Of a stretch of 64,000 bases of DNA, positions 1 to 13,881 are shown in pieces. The translations under genes and the position numbers were made by a program. Source of the DNA: Marsupella aquatica (taxonomy: Eukaryota; Plantae; Marchantiophyta); contig OZ316891.1 of assembly GCA_973895155.1 (NCBI GenBank), positions 8,929,875 to 8,993,874 of the forward strand, read 5' to 3'. The notes under the pieces were generated by a model. The model was given only the letters and a program-made list of their open reading frames with translations, ran no database searches and was not told the origin of the DNA. The stretch's first letter is position 1. Every line of letters starts with the position of its first letter.

Positions 1-79
1 TTAAAATTTGTCAAAAATACCTATTTTGGATCGCACGTGGTTCCTAAGATTTTTGATAGTCAACCCCCCGAGCCCGGGA

Positions 80-1230
80 GCAGAGATTGGAGTTGCGGGA
101 GGAAGGGAAGGCATTCGCGCATTGGTCTCACCGTTTAGACCTGCTTAGACCTGCTTAGACCTGCAGGAGCACAGGTTGGAGTTGCAGGAGGGGAGGAGTT
201 TCGACACTCTTCCGAGCACATGTTTGAGTTGCGGGAGGGAAGGGAAGGCATTCGAGCGTTGGGGACCCCAATCATTGTGGAAGGCAAAAATGGTGGAAGC
301 TCGTGGATCGAAGGCAGTGAAAGCAACTAGTCTCACCGTTCGTCAAGGAGCTATGGGAGCTGCAGGAGGTGTTACATCAGGAGCTGCGGAGCTGCGGGAG
401 GAGTTGCAGAGCTACGGGAGGAGCTGTGGAGCTGCGGGCTGCTACTTGCAAGTTCAAGGCGGAGGTCGCAGGTAATGCTCCAATACGCTACTATGATCCT
501 TTGCTTGCCACATTTTGTGCTATGTCGTTTGTCTGCTCCGCATTCGCTGCTACATTTCCGATTGTAGCTCAATTTTTTCCCAGAGGTCAGCTGAGCAGAG
601 GTGAGGTCTCGTTGCTAGGAGGTGGGGAGTTCAATGTATGGGAGTTATGCGCGCGGTCCCGAGTGCCTAGGTTATCATCATAAGCACATCCGTTTGTTCC
701 TTTTACTTGCGCATGCGCCTGCTCCCTCCCCTCTGTGCTTCCGTCAAGACTTGACGTTCAATGTTTGGCTTTCTTGGCACACCACGTTACTGAGCGCTCG
801 TTGCTTCATTGGCATTGGTGAGGGTTGTGCAGCGTCAATGGCCCCCTCACGCTGATTACATGGCCATTGCTCCTGGCTGCATTGTGCCTTGGTAGCTTGG
901 TCAGATGAGGTATGAGGCATGCTCAAGGCTTGGGTTGCGCAGCTAAGATTATCACTGAGCTGCCATCACGGAAGGAGCTACGGGAGTTCAAGGGCTCAAG
1001 GCAATCCATGACAACCTTCAATCGACAACAAGCTACTGGTGATTGAGGAGTGGGAGGAGTGGTGAGGAGCGGGTGAGGACGAGCTGCAATCGGCAATCAA
1101 CTATAGGAGGTTCCAGAGTGGAGGAGTTACGGGAGTTGAGGAGCTGCAGATGCCATATATGTCTGCAAGTTCCCAACATGGAAACAGATTCTGGGCCCCA
1201 AGGATAGAGGCACCAAGGAGCTGCGGTAGT
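80..1230 (+). repeat. GC-rich low-complexity repeats (GGAGCTGCGG/GGAGTTGCAG motifs; TTAGACCTGC x3)
   Basis: TTAGACCTGC repeated in tandem at 135-164; many GGAGCT(G/A)C(A/G)GG units at 348-440 and 970-1230; GAGTTGCGGGAGG...GAAGGCATTCG duplicated at ~90 and ~226. Confidence 0.55.
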
Positions 1231-3245
1231 TGTCCATTGTTGGAAGTGGGAGCTTCATTGCACTGTCTTTCCAGTGCAACAGCCATTGTCGGACGGTGGT
1301 GGGAGGAACTAAGGACTTCCATTTGTGGGAGCAAGTTCGGGCTTTAAGGGTAAGCGCATGATTGTGTGATCATGCGATGGTTGGAGTTTGGGTTTCTCTC
1401 TGTTTTTTTGTCTTAATCACAACCTGGACCCTCTTTCCGACCTTGTCTCAATGTTCATAGAGCTTTACATGTGCCTGCAATATATGTGTTGTCTTAAAGG
1501 ATCCAGACAGATTGAATGTAATCAGTCTTAAAAACTATTCGTGCGAGGACTGCTCTGCAGAACAATTGAACACCATACACCTCAAGCTTATAATTGCAAA
1601 AACAAAATAAAGCTTACTATCTCCAAATGACAGTGTTCCTTTCTGTCTGCTATTGATTTGCTGATTTGCTGATTTCTGATTTCTGATTTTGTTATAGTGG
1701 AACATTAAACTTCTGTTGTGGTCTGATGATCTCCCTTCCTTAGCAACCATGTCATCATTCCAATCAATATATTGCCTACAGTCCAAGCAAGAGAGATGAT
1801 TATACCTCATAGATCGCTAATGAGCACTTCAGGACCTGTGGAACATAATGTCATCGTACGAGAAGAGTAAACAAGGACCTGGGCCTCCATCTGGTAAAAT
1901 GTGCTCGTGATTAAATGTAGCCAACCAACCCATGGTGAATGCCATCCTACGGATGTAACTGCGCCCACTTTGTGTATGTCTCCTGTAGTTCCTCCTTAGC
2001 ATCAATTTTTTGTGTCTGAGCTGTGTTCAGTTTTGATAAGTTATTGTGTTGTCTTTTTGTCGTCTGGCAATTATTGCCTCAAATGCTGCTGTATCTTTTT
2101 CTATCTCTTCCAGTATTTCATCGTGTTAGCATTGGCAACATTTGGTGTTTATGCGGCTGATGCCAAAAGTTTTCGGCTCGACCCTGTTTAATGCTTGAGT
2201 GGGCCAGGATTGTTTCTGCCTGAGTGGAAGGCTGGTCTGTTTAATGCTGCCTAATTGAACATAAGAATCTAAGAATCTGCTAGTAAGTTCATGGAGTTTA
2301 GGCAAATCAAGATGCAGCACCCTTGTACCCAAAAATTCTTTTGGCAATGTTTGCTCTGTTTGTTGTGTTGAAAACTTTATTGGCAGTGTCTGACCATGAA
2401 AGTCAGCCTGATGTTTTGCCATCAAATGATTTCAGTCTTTTACTTGAAACAAATGAATTTTGTTACAGAGAATGATCCAGAAGAAGTCTTTTCACGTTAG
2501 AGGAGTACTAACCTTCCTAGACCTGACGCAACTTGGGATGGATCATCGCCTGGTTATCTCCCGCTTTAGACTCTGGGTAGAATTTCCCGATGCTATGCAA
2601 GGACAAGGTGAGAACTTTATTCACAGCCTTGACCTAGGTTTACTTCAGGGCCACTGCATTTTTCTCCTTTGCTAGTTGCTGCATTTATCATTTGTCATGA
2701 TTTGATTGTGTGATTGTTTTGAAGTCGTAGCCGTGGTCAAAAGCTGGTCTATAAAAAACGAATTTAGGTTGCTGCTGTATATAAAGCACAGCAGGATCCA
2801 GAACTGGAAAACTGTCCCAGCAAATTTAAATTTGTAGCTCTCACTACTTGAATATATAAATTTTCCCTGATCGGTCTTAGCCTGCTACGCACAAGGCAGG
2901 CAATGAAACAAGTCTGTCCATTTTAAAACTTGAGAACCAATGCTTTGTTGAAACTCAATTGCTATTTGTTCTGTGTTGCCCTTACAGATTTTAAAAAGGC
3001 AGGGTGAGTGAGCACTGCTGGACAGCAGGCGAAGGCATATAGGTTGCAATATTTGTGATTGCTTCCAATCATAGGCCAAGGTTGTTTGCGCTGCTCAGTC
3101 CTAGTGCTTTGCCATCCATTGGTTTATGCTGACCCTTGTGGTTACATGTCATATTTTATGCTGCACCCTCATTCTTTTGTGTCATGCTGCACCCTGTTAT
3201 TCCTTCGTGTTTCACAATCTGATGTAGGTCTGAGTGTGCAGGACC

Positions 3246-3905
3246 ATGGCTCGCAATAAGCAAAAGGCCATGAATCGTTGCAGAGGTGAATCCTCTCAAG
3301 CACCTCAATTGTCCTTATATTCAGACATTGAGATTAACCAGAATAGTCCACATGTATGTGCAATTTGTGATGAGGGAGGGGATCTCATTGTTTGTGATGG
3401 GCCTTGCCACCGACATTTTCATAAGAATGTTTCCTGTCCTTTAGGTCAGCAATGGCTATGCCCAACTATATCCCTGATTGATGGCCATGTTGGAGAATGG
3501 CTTTGTGTTGATTGCAAGAATGATGAACATTCTTGCTTTAAGTGCCATGTGTCTGGAAAAATTGGTGAAGAGGTAAGAAAATGTCCAGACCCTCTCTGTG
3601 CCCGGTTTTACTGTCGGTAGTGTTTGGTTCCTGGCACAACATCATGTGGACTCCATATTTGTCTTACTTGTGGACAGGGGCCCAATGATGGGGCTAATGG
3701 CTTTTTGGTTCAGTGCATGAGGTGTCCTAAGGCATGGCACAAGGACTGCCTGCTGTTTATCCAGCAGAGGGGATTTGCCCATGATTGAACAATTTGGGAT
3801 CACTCAGCGCATGGGCAGCCCAAGAAGGGGATGTTTTACTGTCCTGACCATGACATTGACCCTACACTAGGCACTCCTGCTAGGAGCCACATATCTTGGA
3901 TTTGA
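3246..3905 (+). pseudogene. EDM2-like (NSD-type) composite PHD finger cassette carried by CACTA-1, two in-frame stops
   Basis: Read-through in one frame: CAICDEGGDLIVCDGPCHRHFH...WLCVDCKNDEHSCFKC...CPDPLCARFYCR*CLVPGTTSCGLHICLTC...LVQCMRCPKAWHKDCL...HD*TIW...MFYCPDHDIDPTLGTPARSHISWI*. Stops at 3618-3620 (TAG) and 3786-3788 (TGA). The H-x-ID-x2-LGTP-x-R-x-HI tail is characteristic of plant EDM2 PHD regions. Confidence 0.8.
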
Positions 3906-4506
3906 TTGAGGCTGGATGGAACACAAACTTGAGATAGAGCTTTTTGATGGTTTCACGTGGACTTAAACAATTTTCAGAGTGCTACCACATGTGGACTATT
4001 TATATGCAGTTTGATGAACTCCTCATGTATACACACTCTACGACAATGCATTGCGGATTGAGGCAATTAATTTTGAGAAATCAACTTTATTATCTTTTCT
4101 AGGGTAGGATTCCGATTTTCAAGCATGTGCTTTGAGTTTGACTTTCCTCCATATTGATGTCTAAACTTCACTTGTAAATTTGTCACTGGTGTCACAAATG
4201 TTACTTATTCCAGACCTGTCTACTCACATTCCTAATAGGCAAACAAATACCTGGAAATGATGAAGGCACAAAGATTTATGTTCATAGTATCATTCTGATG
4301 ACACTGTATGTGATGCTCTATTTGTATGCAAGAAGGAGAAGGTGCCTGACTACAGTGGATTTGAGAAACTGGGCTCTGTGGGTTTGAGCAATTGGACTGT
4401 GGTTGGCATCAGTTGTACAACTGTGACGGTAGGCCCAATTTTGTATGCATGTCACACTGATTTAGTTTGAAAATCATAGTTTGAATACAATTTCAATCAA
4501 GCTAGC

Positions 4507-7500
4507 ATGGCACAATTGCCACAGAATATGTTAGGTGTGGGTAGAACTCCAAAGTTGCCGCTCTTCCATCCAGGTAGAGTACAACATCGTGATGATACTT
4601 TGTGGGTTTGAGAACAGAAGGCCTGCCACAAGAGTGGGGACCATAAGATGTACTGCCCTTGTGTGAACTGCAAAGGGAATTATAGGACTAATCGGAATAT
4701 TGCTAGAAGGCACCTTATTAAACATGGTCGGTACCCCGCATGTCGAGTGTGGGTGGGAGAGGGACAGGACTCTTCTGATGAAGAGTGGGGTGTTGACTAC
4801 ATGTCACAACATGGCCCTAAGGCATTGAGGGTAGCAAACCTTCAGCAGGCAACCTGTGCACAACAGCCAATTGTAGATGTTGAAGAACATTTATTTGTAG
4901 ATGTTCCAGAGTATCCAACTGCGGATGTTCAAGAACATCCAACTATAGATGTGGAAGAACATATCAAGGCTCTACTGGAAGAAACGTTGTTGAGAACCAA
5001 TGAAGAATCCCCTGAGCATGAACTAGATGATCAGGACCGTTTTGACTTGGATTTTGTACTTGGGGATGATGAGAGTGAAGGAGGTGCCCATCCTGTAAAC
5101 CCCCTTGAAACCTCTGAAACTCCTGTGGAGATTGATCCTGCACAGTTATCTTTAGATGCAGCAATGCAACCTTTGTTCCCAGGCAGCAAAATAGATGTTG
5201 TGTCATTCATGTTGCTTCTGCTAAACATCTGTCATGGCCATGGATTCTCAAACAAAGGAGTGAATGCATTGTTGTCTTTGATGGGGGAGCATGGTATGCC
5301 TGCAGAGCATAATCTGCCCAAGAACTTATATGCTACAAAGCAGCTATTGAGAAAGCTTGGCTTGGATTATGAGAGAATCCCTGTCTGTGAGAAAGGTTGC
5401 ATGCTCTTTAGGGGTGAGAATGCCAAGTTAGAAAATTGTTTAGTGTGTCAGCAGCCCAAGATGAAGAGAGTGGGGAATTCATTATAGGCAAGGAAGGTGG
5501 TGCGATATTTCCCTATAATTCCCAGGTTGAAGAGATTGTATGCCACTGCTGGTACATCTAAACTCATGACTTGGCATCATGAGAATAGAAGCACAAACAA
5601 CATGGTTTGGCACGCAGCAGATTCAAAGGCTTGGAAGCATGTGGATACAAATATTGATCGGAAATTTGCAGCTGAACCAAGGAATGTGCGATTTGGGTTG
5701 GCACTTGATGGGGTGAATCCCTTTGGGAATAATTCCACAGCTTGGTCTACCTGGCCAATACTGTTGTTGAATTACAATTTACCTCCTTGGCTTACCACCA
5801 AGAAGTTCTTTGTCATGCTAGCTATGTTGATTCCACGACCTGATTCAGTAACAGAGGAACAACTGGACATAATATTGGGCCCATTCTATGAGGAGCTGGA
5901 GCTGTTGTGGAAGAAAGGAGTGCCCTGCTTTGACAAATTGCCATGCCCAGGATTGTCTCAACACTTCAACCTTAGGGCTGTGCTATTGTGGACAATCAAT
6001 GATTACCCTGCATATGGTTTAATATCTGGACAACAACACTCTGGATACAAAGATGTGTCATCTGGGGGAATGTGTGGCACGTGGTTCTAAGCACTTGCAG
6101 AAATTAGAGTACAGTGGCCACCGTCGATGGTTAGCAACAAGGCATCTATTTCGTAGACCAGACAATGCACAATACTTTAATGGTGCAATTGAGAGTCGAC
6201 CTACACCATGTAGAATGACAAGCTCTGATAGAAAGAAGTGCGGAGACGAGACAACAGAATATATACAGAACGAGACAAGCTCTGATAGAAGAAGAAGGGA
6301 GGAACCAAGGTTGAGGATGAGAAATGCCCCATAAAGGTGCATGGAGTGAAGAGGGCTACTGGTCTGTACAAGTTGCCCTATTGGAATGTAAGACTCCATA
6401 CTACTACAATGAATTTCTGCAATCTCTTCATATGACATTGAAATATATTCTCTTCATATACTTCCTGTACCCCAGATTTTGTAATTGTTGTATTCAATGC
6501 ACTAATTTTTGAATTGTGTCCACTACACAAACTACTGCCCAGTGATGCCAAAAGTTGTATTCAATGCCCTAATTTCTGAATTGTGTGTCCACTGCAGAAA
6601 CTACTCATTAACCATTGTCTAGATCCCATGCACTGTGAAACAAATCTTGCACACAACATTGTGCACACTATCATTGGGACCAAGGACAGTCCTTCTATGA
6701 GAGAAAACATGAAGCTCTTATAGGTGCGCCAACACCTATGGCTTGTACCCAATCCAGCTCCCAAGCGTAACGATGACAAATTGTTGATGCCCCCAGCCCC
6801 ATATTGCCTGAGCAAGAAGGAAAGAACAAGGTTCTTGGAGGTTTTATTGACCTTGAAAGGGCCCACTGGTTTTTCAAGTTCTTTGGCAAAGTGTGTTACA
6901 AAATCCAAGAAACTCTTTGGGTTGAAATCACATGATTTCCACCAACTCATGCAACAGATTCTCCCTCTGGCAACAATGGGATTACTTGATGAAGGGGTTT
7001 GCTTGGCCATAGCTGGGGTGAGCAATATCTATCGCCAGATCTGTAAGAAGGTGTGGGACCCTTCAATGTATGAGAATTTGATGATGGATGTTGCATTCAC
7101 TCTCTACATTTTGGAAATCCATTTTCCACCAAGCTTCTTTGATGTCATGACCCATTTAATGATTCACCTAGTGGAGGAATTAGACTTGCGTGGCCCAGTT
7201 ACAGGCAGATGGATGTACCCAATAGAGAGGAACCTGAAGGTATTGAAGGGTTATGTACGAAACAAGGCACGTCCAGAGGCTTCTATGGCTGAAGGCTATG
7301 TATTAGCTAAGTCTTTGGGATTCCTTTCGGAATACATGATTGATGCAAAGGGAGAGGGAAAACGAACCTGGGAGTTGGAGGAGGATGCTGGCGTTGCAAG
7401 CATTGTTTTGGAAGGGGCTGCAAAGGCGATAACTTTGGATTGGTCTGAAATGATGGCCATGCATCATTATATATTGGAGAATGAAGAGACAGTGGCTCCA

Positions 7501-8446
7501 TGGCACTGCAGGTACATAAACCCTAAATTATGTTGCCCCATTGTGTTTGTATATTCATGGTGGATCATGCACTAATGTCTTCAGTGTTGTTGTTGCCATG
7601 CAGGATATATGATGCTACCAATGAGACTGTTACCAAACGAAGAGTGGATTTCCGGAAGGAATGGATGAGGAAGCCTGCCAATGGAAGAAAACCAGTGGAA
7701 TTTCCCGCTGACTTCCAAGAATTGCCACCTTTAGTCAATACCCATAATTTTGAGAAAGAGTCTGAGCGGTCATTACTATCTGCATACTCCACACCACCTA
7801 GTTTGAAGGCACGACTGTATAGGGCATGCAGAGCCTATGGGCACCATTGGAGGACTATTCTATCCTTGGGGTGTTTGAGTGATTGTGATTCTGGTGCTTT
7901 CAGCACTTTTGATTTTGGGATGGCTTCTACCCCACTGAGAAGCGAGTGGACAGGTCTGGTGCAACCATAGAAGAATCTATACACTATGTAGGGGCCTTGA
8001 CAGATATCTTGGTACTGAATTACGGCAGCTTGAGGAAAGAGGTGATTATTTTCAAAGGGAAATGGGCAGATCCATCATGGACTCCTAAATCCTCTGCCAG
8101 TATGAGGTATTCCGAGTCTGGTCTTTGGCAAGTGAATTTCCATAGAGAATTGGGTGTGTCCAAGAAAATGGATTACGTTTTCCCAAAGCAAGTGGAGCAG
8201 GTTTTCTTCCACCCCAATGAGAAGGGGATAGCATGGAGAACAATCCTCCACAAAGAATCCAGGTCCACAAGGGTGTTAGGTGATTACACAGACGTTCATT
8301 TCCATGCTACAATGGAAAACAATGCCAAATTACACATCGAATTGGCTAAGGCCTGTAGGTCCAGATCAAATCCAGGACCAAATACTGGTCCCAAACGAGG
8401 CAGAGATGCAGAGGGATCTGCAAGAAAGGGCAGGCCTAAGCAGTGA
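4507..8446 (+). pseudogene. CACTA TnpD-like transposase (transposase-associated Zn domain, Transposase_21, DUF4218, DUF4216), disrupted
   Basis: ATG at 4507 is in frame with YCPCVNC...HLIKHG. Motifs RYFPIIPRLKRLY, RNVRFGLALDGVNPF, YNLPPW, WTINDYPAYG, YKLPYW, HCLDPMHCETN, FPPSFFDVMTHLMIHL, RWMYPIER, QVEQVFF. Introns at ~6388-6597 and ~7512-7603. Premature stops (e.g. 5485, 6721) and frameshifts near 6050 and 7945. Confidence 0.93.
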
Positions 8447-8989
8447 ATAGGTTTTAGGTGTGTGAAGTCCATAGATGGACTACATGTATGGACTATATAT
8501 GAAATCAGACTAATGGTTTACCCATTTGTGCAGTTGGTGAATGCAGCCTGTGAAAGGAAGATTGCAGGGGTTGTCACATTCTGTGAATCCTTATGAGGAG
8601 GCCCGAAATTGGAACATAGAGCATAATGTCCAAATTATGCGTGATCTAGGACTGGGGCCAGATTGCAAGCTGATGTGTGTGTTAATATGTCTGTTGCAAA
8701 TTTGATTCAGTAGATGGAGTTGTCAAGTTCCTTTTTCGTTTTCATATTCCAGATTGGTCTCATACTAGTATGGATCCTGTACATAAGTACTAGTGTTACG
8801 GTGTTGTAGATTCATTTTGCATGTATGTTTGATCTGCATTGGTGTATGTTGATGATTGCTTTAATTGTTCCTTAGAGGCCCAACCACACATGTACAACGA
8901 GAGAGAGGAATGCCTGCTTTGGTGAAAGGTACTTCAACTAAAACATTGCCAAAGAGGAGGAGCTCTAGACTATCAGAAGTTACCAAGGT

Positions 8990-11695
8990 GAACATGGCAG
9001 AGTCTGGTGATGATGGCTGAGGATTGTGACATTGGAGGGTCAGAACCAGAGAGTGAACAACAGGTAATGCTTGAACTTCATCATCCTAATAGGAAGGGAT
9101 CCTTGTCCCTTTTTCAAATTATATGTTGATATGCTTACGTTGTCCATGATATAGGTACAGAAACAAAATTGTGGTCCTAAGAAGATTGGGCCTGGTGGAG
9201 GTGGGCTGGTGAGATGTTGGAAAGACCCAGACACTGGACTCTTATATGAAAGTGAGTGGATTGTACTGTTCTACTTTTCAAGTGTGTTTGGAAGTTGATA
9301 TTCTACTTGGAAATGAAATTAATTGAAGTGCTTTTGATGTTGTGTGTTTGTTTAGTGGTTCCATCAGCATCTGAAGGCAGATAAGGTCAATCTGATGTAC
9401 TACATTCCAGAGGATCTTCAAGTAATACACAATCTGCTCGTCATGCATATGCAAGTGCATTTGCTGTACTTTTCAATCATGTACATAGTTTTTGATTGAA
9501 TGCATGTGTGTGCATTGCAGGCGGGGCCTCTGAGATGCGCAGGGAACAAAGGCATGCTAAGAAGCAGTTTGATAATATTGCCAAACAATGAAGGGATTGC
9601 GGAGAGTTGCCCAAACACATTAAAGTGAGTATTGTACTTTTTTTGAATGTAGATTTAGACAAATCTGATCCTCTCTGTTGTTGTGTGTATAAAACCTGGA
9701 CTCTGCATAAATTCTAGAGTTATGATCTGACATTGTCTGTGAAATGCAGATTTATGACAATGATATTGATGATTTTGATGGCAACAAACAATACTGGCTG
9801 GAGGAACTTTGTGGCAACGTACTCAGAGTCTTTGATGTATCAAAGCCAAAATGGACTGATCATCCACAAGTTCATACAACCACAGTGTGGAATAACATGG
9901 CAGCTGAGTGGGAGTATGTGGGTGGGGAATTTATTAAGACCAAATTCTAGAGTCATTGTCGTGGCATATTGAAGAGAGAGCGCCATAAAATGCATGTTTA
10001 TTGGAAGAAAGTTTTCAATGAGGATCCAACCAAACCTGGGCCATCTGGTGTTGATCCAAAGAAATGGGCAGCTTTGGTATCTCATTTTACCAGTCTAGCA
10101 TTGATATCTTTGAGTAAACAGATGACTGATAAAAGAGCATGAGTGCAAGATACCTCTCACTTTGGAAGAGGAGGGCATGCTGCAGCAGCAAAGAGAATGG
10201 TAAATTGTGGCCTATATCATTTTCACTATCAATTCTGTCTTGTTTGTGAATCTTGATGAAAACAGACTCTATGATTCTCATTCATTGTGTGTTTGAACAG
10301 AAGCAGAAGAGAGGATCAAGCCCAGGTATATCTGACCTGAAAGAAAACCATGGTAGTCAGGGTTCATTGCCAAAGGTGACAATGAGCTCATCATTGGCAA
10401 GTGCAGAAGGTCAGACTGGTAGTTTTGTGGGAGCAAAGGTGAGCCAATCATTGGCAAGTGGGGAGGGTAAAAGTGCTAGCTTACTGGGGCGAGGAAACAA
10501 ACATGGATCAGCTGTGAGTATTGTCATACCAATTTGATTTGTACATCATTCTCCATTTGACAGAGCTAGTGTTGTGTCGTTTGTAAGTTTGACAGTGAGA
10601 ATGTTGTGTTGGTTGTGGTTCATTTACAGACCCCACATTCAAAAGAAGAGATCACTGCCATTGGGGCTATGAAATTGGATGTTGATGAGTTGAAAGGCAC
10701 TGTGAGAGACTTGACAAACATGATGACTATGTGGATGGCACATCACACCAGTAATGCACAAGTTCCAACAGTTGTACCTAGTCACAGTAAGTTGACTACA
10801 GCTACCAAACAAGGTAGTAAAAAGCGATCTCTTACTTTTTCAGGTGATAATGAAGGTAAAATTCTCTATCATGTATACACTGTCCATTCAATGTAATTAT
10901 TGTGATGTGTATATGTCATTGCATGTTTATAATGTTCTTGCATGTTTTTAGTGTGATTATATGTTGCTGGTGTATACATATTTGTTTATGCATTTCTTTT
11001 GTGTGTGTTTTATGACAGCATCTTTAGGGGAGCCTCCAGTGTCGCAGGGAAGACCAACTGACACAGCTAACAGTACTCTGAAGCAAACTGAATTGGAAGT
11101 GAACCTTTTGCCATCTAAGTTGCCCAAAGAAGCCATTTCAAATGCCTTTCAGTTGCCAGAGGATAAGTCAAATCAGTTGACACCAGATATAACCCCAGAA
11201 TCATTTGAGTTGCCAAAAGAAACTCCTGTTCCAAGTGAGCAGGATGACACTCCATCAACTAGAAAGGGAAAGAAGAAAAGGAAGAAAGGATCCTCAACAA
11301 ATGCATCACCTGCACAGAAGAAACCAATGCAATCTCCTAACCCCATTGCAAAGGTAAATGTGTGTTTGATTTGAGTGTTCTTCTATCTTTCAATTTTTGT
11401 TTATTGCATTTTTAACAAAATGTGTTGTTCATAGTTTGCAAGAGGAGATTTGGTGAAGATGAAGAGCGTTGTGGACAATTCCATGATAGTGGCAGAAGGT
11501 GAGGTGACAAGGTTGCCAGGAGAAGATAAGTTTCATTGTGCAGATTTTGAAAGCCCTTTCTTGCGAGTGCGTGTGATTGAAGTGTTTGTAGATGTGGCAT
11601 TGCCATTTGCCAATGCAGGGGAGAACAAGTCTAGATTATCTGATGTGAAAGGGATGAATGCCCTATGGAACTCTAGATTGCTTAAGAAGCAATAG
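8990..11695 (+). pseudogene. CACTA-1 second gene (TnpA-like), multi-exon, with C-terminal Tnp1/En/Spm-like domain; partly disrupted
   Basis: Series of short GT-AG-flanked exons (~9521-9624, 9750-10199, 10301-10513, 10630-10855, 11019-11353, 11435-11695). The last exon, IVAEGEV...FHCADF...RVRVIEVFVDVALPF...KGMNALWN, resembles the Transposase_23-type domain. Position downstream of TnpD is typical. Exon limits are approximate. Confidence 0.65.
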
Positions 11696-12049
11696 AAATA
11701 GCACTCTGTCAAGAAACACTAGACATGATAGAATGACACCTCTGTTTTTCTATAAACATGCAGAGTGATTGGTATGTCAGGTTGTAACAATTGACAATCT
11801 AATATTATTGATGTCAATGTAATTTTGTTTCATAAATTTGCATTGAGTTCAATAGTTACTGTGAGAGTTATGAAGGTATCTTGTATGAATGTCAATTGGA
11901 TTTGTGATATATATTGAATGTTTCTTTAAGTTTTCATTCAGCAAATCTATTGAATGGCTTTGTAATGTATGATTTTTGATTTATATGAAGTTTTATCTAT
12001 CATGATCACTTAAATTTGAATTTCTCCAAATCATTGAATACTTCACCTG

Positions 12050-12758
12050 AATGACTGGCTAGAATGACTGATATAATGGTCATTATCCACAACTATCTTT
12101 GTGACCAATATGACTCAACTCGGGTCATTAAAGACATTGACTAAATGATTCAAAGAATGACATATACAATGACCGTTCTCATGGTCATTATAAACAAGTC
12201 CACTATGACTCACTTTATGTCATTCAAGACATGTCATTAATGACTAATGTATATCTTTACGTGCCTCCTCCCAATTGAACCACGTGTCTCAATATGACTT
12301 GTTTATACTGTAGTCATTTTGGACACGTCTAAAATGACCCAAATATATTGCCAAATGGTGAATACTCTTTGAACCACGTGTCACTATTTGATTTATTATA
12401 TAATGTATGTCATTTTGGACAAGTCCAAAATGACCAATGTTATTTGTTTTTTGATTGCCACGTGTCATTGTGTGATTGGGTACAGGGACTGTCGACGCTC
12501 AACGGCAATTGACCATTGATGGTGATTTGTGTCGTCATTTTGGACCGTTCAATATTTATGACCATATCATAAAAATGGTCATTTAGGATAGCATGAAATG
12601 ACCACATGTTTTTAGCGTCATTTGTCCAAAAGGACCGTGACCAAAATGTCCGTTGTGACGCGTCTGGAAAGACGAGAATGATTGCGTCATTGTTTTGTTA
12701 AAAAAACCTGATTAATAGTCATTGTTTCCGTCATAAAATACATTGTTTTCTACTAGTG
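12050..12758. repeat. CACTA-1 right subterminal repeat array (ATGAC/GTCAT in both orientations) plus TIR
   Basis: Repeated AATGAC, GGTCAT, CCACGTGTC and GTCATTTTGGAC motifs packed up to the terminal TAGTG. Confidence 0.8.
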
Positions 12759-13881
12759 AATGTACCAGGAAATTTCACTGGTGTTTTTGATGCAAAGAAA
12801 GAATCACTGAGCATGGAGATTGTGTGCAAGAGTTTGGGCACAGAGATCGGTCAATTGATCGAGAACAATCTTCGCACAAAATTTTGTCTTGAGCTTTGTG
12901 AAACTGGCAACATTGACTACTACAAGTCAAAGTTGCAAGATAATGTTATGAAGATGAAAGCAAAGGAGAAAATGCCCATTCAATTAAACCGCGACTACTT
13001 CAGAGGTCAAGAAATACAAGGTGCAACTGTATGACAAGATGGAGAAGATCACAAGGCTCAAGAAATAACTTGCCTAAAAGGATGGTCAATATAGTCAAAT
13101 AATGCAAGTTCAAGAGGTAGATAAAGTCATTCTTGATTTAAAGAATCAAGTTGCATCACAAGAGGTGATCATAAGCAATCCGCAAGAGGAGATTGAGCAA
13201 ATGAACACTGCTGAGGTGGATGGTCAGTCTGACAAGAAAAAATCAAGATGCAGCAACTACAATTATATGAATTTGCACATGATTGATCCTACAGGACAAT
13301 CTAATCTTTTTCCGGATGTGGAAGTTGATCCAGAAGATGTTGATAAATTTTTTGAGAAATGAAAGAGCGATGAGAGTATGGCCCAATTTGTTCAAGAAAA
13401 TGATGGAAGATATACTTGGTGCTTCTATCCATGGGGTCCTGAATCTGTTTCCATTTTGGGAATATGCGGTCACTTATGGCATCATGCTTGCTTGTTTAGG
13501 TGGATGAAGAAGAGCCGGAAATGTTGATGCCGAAAACCATTTCATGAACGAGAGTATAAGCAACGGGGTTGGTTGAAACAAATGCCACCAATGGAGACAC
13601 AACAAGATAGTGAAGCAATGACTCAAGATAGTATTACAATGGCACACATTGATTCAAGGTCCATTGACAATTACGTAGTCAATGAATACAACTTGTCAAA
13701 TGGTAACTTTGACAATTTTTTATTCAGTGGTACATTCCAACAGTGGAAGGAATATGCAATGGCTAATCGACCAACAATAGATGAGCAAAACATGCAGCGA
13801 TCTATTCGTTGTCATCGCCGTCGTCAGCAACTGGCGGAAGTGAAAGCAGAAACGCAAGACAAGAAGAACCGGAATGACTAG
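12759..13881 (+). pseudogene. Decayed coiled-coil + RING-H2 finger gene, 5' part cut by the CACTA-1 end
   Basis: Reading the 13102 frame through stops gives ...GRYTWCFYPWGPESVSILGICGHLWHHACLFRWMKKSRKC*CRKPFHER. This is a C-x-H-x2-H-x2-C-x3-W RING-H2 core with the first Cys apparently mutated (TGT>TAT). Upstream segments are coiled-coil-like (12759-13200). The frame is already open at the TIR junction. Confidence 0.65.

Larger units (their letters stand above)
1..12758 (+). mobile_element. CACTA (En/Spm) DNA transposon 1; right end only, left end probably upstream of the window
   Basis: Ends ...GTTTTCTACTAGTG at 12758 (reverse complement CACTAGTAGAAAAC, a typical CACTA TIR). It is preceded by dense ATGAC/GTCAT subterminal repeats and contains TnpD- and TnpA-like genes. 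The expected 3-bp TSD is AAT (12759-12761). No matching left TIR was seen, so the start coordinate is only the window edge. Confidence 0.85.

Noticed and set aside
135-1347. Several short ORFs on both strands at the window start
   Set aside because: They arise from GC-rich low-complexity repeats; no domain recognised.
2460-2675. ORF with splice-like boundaries upstream of the PHD cassette
   Set aside because: Could be a 5' exon of the PHD gene, but no frame-consistent model or domain could be supported.
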